A stretch of 64,000 nucleotides of DNA. It comes from Nemertoderma westbladi. Taxonomy: Eukaryota; Animalia; Xenacoelomorpha. The stretch's first letter is position 1; each line of letters starts with the position of its first letter. The notes below the pieces were generated by a model. The model worked only from the letters and a program-made list of their open reading frames with translations. It made no database searches and was not told the origin of the DNA. The stretch is from NCBI GenBank assembly GCA_032718475.1, contig JAUCBJ010007487.1:37272-101271 (forward strand), written 5' to 3'. Position numbers and translations under genes: made by a program. Positions 61,121-64,000 of this stretch are shown here, piece after piece.

Positions 61121-62431
61121 GAGTTTATGCGATTATTCGCAACATTCAAGTCCCCAAGTTTGTTCCTACAGTAATTGTGTTTGTTATACATACCGCTATA
61201 GTTAAATTAACCTCGGTACTACACGGGCTGCTTGGCGTAGGTAAAGACTGGTGATTTTGTGCATCGGTCACTCCAGCAGATGCCGTGGTTCTTTTAGCTG
61301 TTCAAGTATATTTAATTACTGATTATCTGTTATACAAGTACTCGTACCTAATTTAGGGTTTAGTGTACGGTACTTTCCGAAGTGATTATTGTAGACATTA
61401 TATTTGTGTTGTAAAGTGGTTGATAGGCACATTCGATTAGCTCTATTAACTTCTAGGTAGGAACACTCCGTGATACATAACGTAGAACCTATAGCGATAC
61501 GGCTATAGGTCGTCAGGCGGTGGTATTTTCCTATCTGGACAACGCAGTGTATTTACTACAACTTATTATTTCAAATACCGTAGTACCCTGTCCGTGTAAT
61601 AACCAGTTTTCTAACCCTTTGTTAGGCTGGTTTGTAGACTTCTTGTAAAATTACCCTAAAAATTCGTATTTGTGTTTTTGTAAAATTTTGTGTTTATTTA
61701 GAGATTGTAATCTCACCCGAATTGTACGTAATTTGTAGTATTAAGTAACTTAGGTAAATTAGTATTATTTGTTTTAGTGTCCTGTACGTAACACTTCACT
61801 GAAAGCGCACCGCTTTGTGTAGTGATTACTCCCCAGAAATAATAACATTTATTTCAAACATTGAAAAAACCCATTAAAACGGGTATATATATATTATAAA
61901 TCAAATCTAACGATTTATAAATCGTAGGCCTACCTTACAACCATTAGGTCTCAATATCAGTTGGATTACTGCTCAAATAACGGTAATAAAGTAAGTAAAG
62001 TAACAAAGTAACCCTAAAGTAACAGAAATTCAATTATTTGAAATAATTGATATACCGGTATTTACGATAGGCCTATTATCTTTATTTCTATAAATCTAGG
62101 CTGAAATTATACCGGTACTTGTAATTAATTCTATTTCAGAATTATATATCCTACAAACTGTAAGCTGTATACCGGTATTCCGATAGGCCTATTATATATT
62201 TATATATATTTGTGCTAAAATTATACCGGTATTCTGTGATAAACCTAGTCTGTAATAATACTTATATAGTTATATATACTATAAGTATACCGGTATTCTA
62301 ATATATTATATATATCACGCTACACTGAGTAGCAGTACCGGTAATTAATTACTAGGCTAGCAGGTAATACTGAGTTACTAGACTTACTCAGACTGTAATA
62401 CAGCAGTAGACATTCAACAGTATACATAGTC

Positions 62432-63991
62432 ATGTCTGATACTAAGCAGAACCTGTCAGACAGTTTATTAGATGTAACTATCTGCGACTCAGATAGAGAC
62501 GTACAACCGTCTGGTCGTAAATCCAGTTCACCTCCCACTGTGAGGAAGGTCATCCCTCCAGTAGTAATAACAGAACCTAGGCTGGTCCAACATCGTAGGT
62601 CTATCATAGGCACCCGAGCTCAGGTCAAGCGGGACCAACAAGCGGCGGAACAGCAACAACCCGCTAGTCAAGAACTTATTCCTCAGCGGCCCAGCAGCTC
62701 CAGTAGTGAGGATACTGTAGAGCTGACACCCGAGAGCGGAGCAGAGATGACGGATGCGGTTTATACGGATCCCCTTCTCATCCTTCCTGCAGCCGTGCTC
62801 GCTGGGTTATTGATCGCGGTGGAAGAACACCAGATCGATTGGGCGAGAAGTCAACGGTCAACTAGAGATAGCTACGCGGGATACACTAGTGAAGAACTGA
62901 AGTCTATTGTCGAGTCGCAATGGAACTTCCCCGGACCCGGACTCCCGTTTGATTTATCAGAAGCTGCCTGGGAAGACATACACCGGATGGGAATAGCCAA
63001 GGAAACCATCGATCCAGCTGTATGGAAGAGGTCCGCAGCCGGATACGCCCAGGGATTCTTCAGCTCTATGGAGCGAGTAGAGAGACAACTGTTTCAACAA
63101 CCTCAAGGACCTCAAGAGCAGGGATCGCTGCTTTATCAAGTTAGAGAAAGAGTTCTGCGGATTAGGCTAATCTTATCCGCCTTTGAGGAGGCTTCTAAAA
63201 GAAGGCAAGACACGTCGTTGCAAGTTGCCGTAAAGACTTGGTTTCAACGGGTGAGTCGCCAGGTTCAAGGAGCAGCTCAGTGGAAGGCTCAGTTGGAGGA
63301 GCGCTCAACCCATGGAGAATCAACAGACGCTACTTTTTCCCAAGTGGAAAGTGAAGCGACGGCAGAGAAACCGCATAAGAAGGATGCCATTGACATCTAT
63401 CTGTCAGACTATCAACGTTTTGTAGGTGATGAAGAGTTGCGGAGAAGACTAGAGGGACTTAGCCCTAATAGTGAAGGAGCACAGCGTGTGCTTGACGCCA
63501 TCGACGTGGATAGGTTAGCGGCTAATCAAGCTAAATTCGATGAACAACTCCGCGTCGTTAAGGTCCAGGAAGAACAAGTAAAGAAAAAACGTATAGAAGA
63601 CAGAAAGGCAGCGGTAGTAGCAGCAGCAGTGGCAGCTGCAGAAGCAGAAACAAAAGCGGCAGCGGTAGTGGCAGCGGCAGAGGCAAAAGCGGCAGTAGCA
63701 GCAGCAAAGGCAGCTGCAGAAGCAGAAACAAAAGCGGCAGCGGCAGTGGCAGCGGCAGAGGCAAAAGCGGCAGTAGCAGCAGCAAAGGCAGCGGCCGAAG
63801 CAGAAAGAAAGGCGGCACTGGCAACAGCAGAGGTAGTGGTAGAAGCAGAACGGAGGGCATCTGAAGAGGCAACCCAACTAGAGTTGGAAATTCTTCAAGA
63901 GAAGCAAGACAACTTCAATAAACATTTAACAGCGAGCAACATGCAGATGATGAGTCGATCTACTCCCAAGAGACAGGGGTATACTAAATAA
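62432..63991 (+). pseudogene. gag N-terminus of element 2, truncated by a frameshifting deletion
   Basis: Matches the first ~500 aa of the 2721-aa ORF, then jumps from the equivalent of 9161 to 9287. Confidence 0.8.
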
Positions 63992-64000
63992 CACTAACTT

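Larger units (their letters stand above)
59018..64000 (+). mobile_element. Second BEL/Pao element of the same family, runs off the window
   Basis: LTR 59018-60266, same post-LTR 12-mer, same leader with tandem hairpin units, gag highly similar to 7663 onward. Confidence 0.95.

Overview
AT-rich, repeat-dense metazoan (invertebrate-like) genomic DNA. The window lies largely inside a minus-strand GRAF/oligophrenin-type BAR-PH-RhoGAP gene: five phase-compatible exons at 53112-52942, 50648-50411, 49033-48774, 22569-22380 and 635-489. Its introns hold a ~17.3 kb BEL/Pao LTR retrotransposon (4225-21571) with an intact 2721-aa gag-pol, two intronless nested genes (ECH1 and an expanded Ly6/uPAR-like GPI-type protein), several satellites carried by non-autonomous DNA transposons, and decayed LINEs. 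A second, frameshifted BEL copy starts at 59018, upstream of the first visible exon. The most unusual object is the BEL family. It has no TGG tRNA primer-binding site; instead the 12 nt after the LTR are the exact complement of a site inside the LTR, suggesting Tf1-like self-priming. It also has a 2.2 kb leader with tandem ~289-nt G-U-rich rod hairpins showing covariation, a non-env accessory ORF after pol, and LTRs with swapped U3 regions. All alignments and folds were done by eye; no searches or computations were run.
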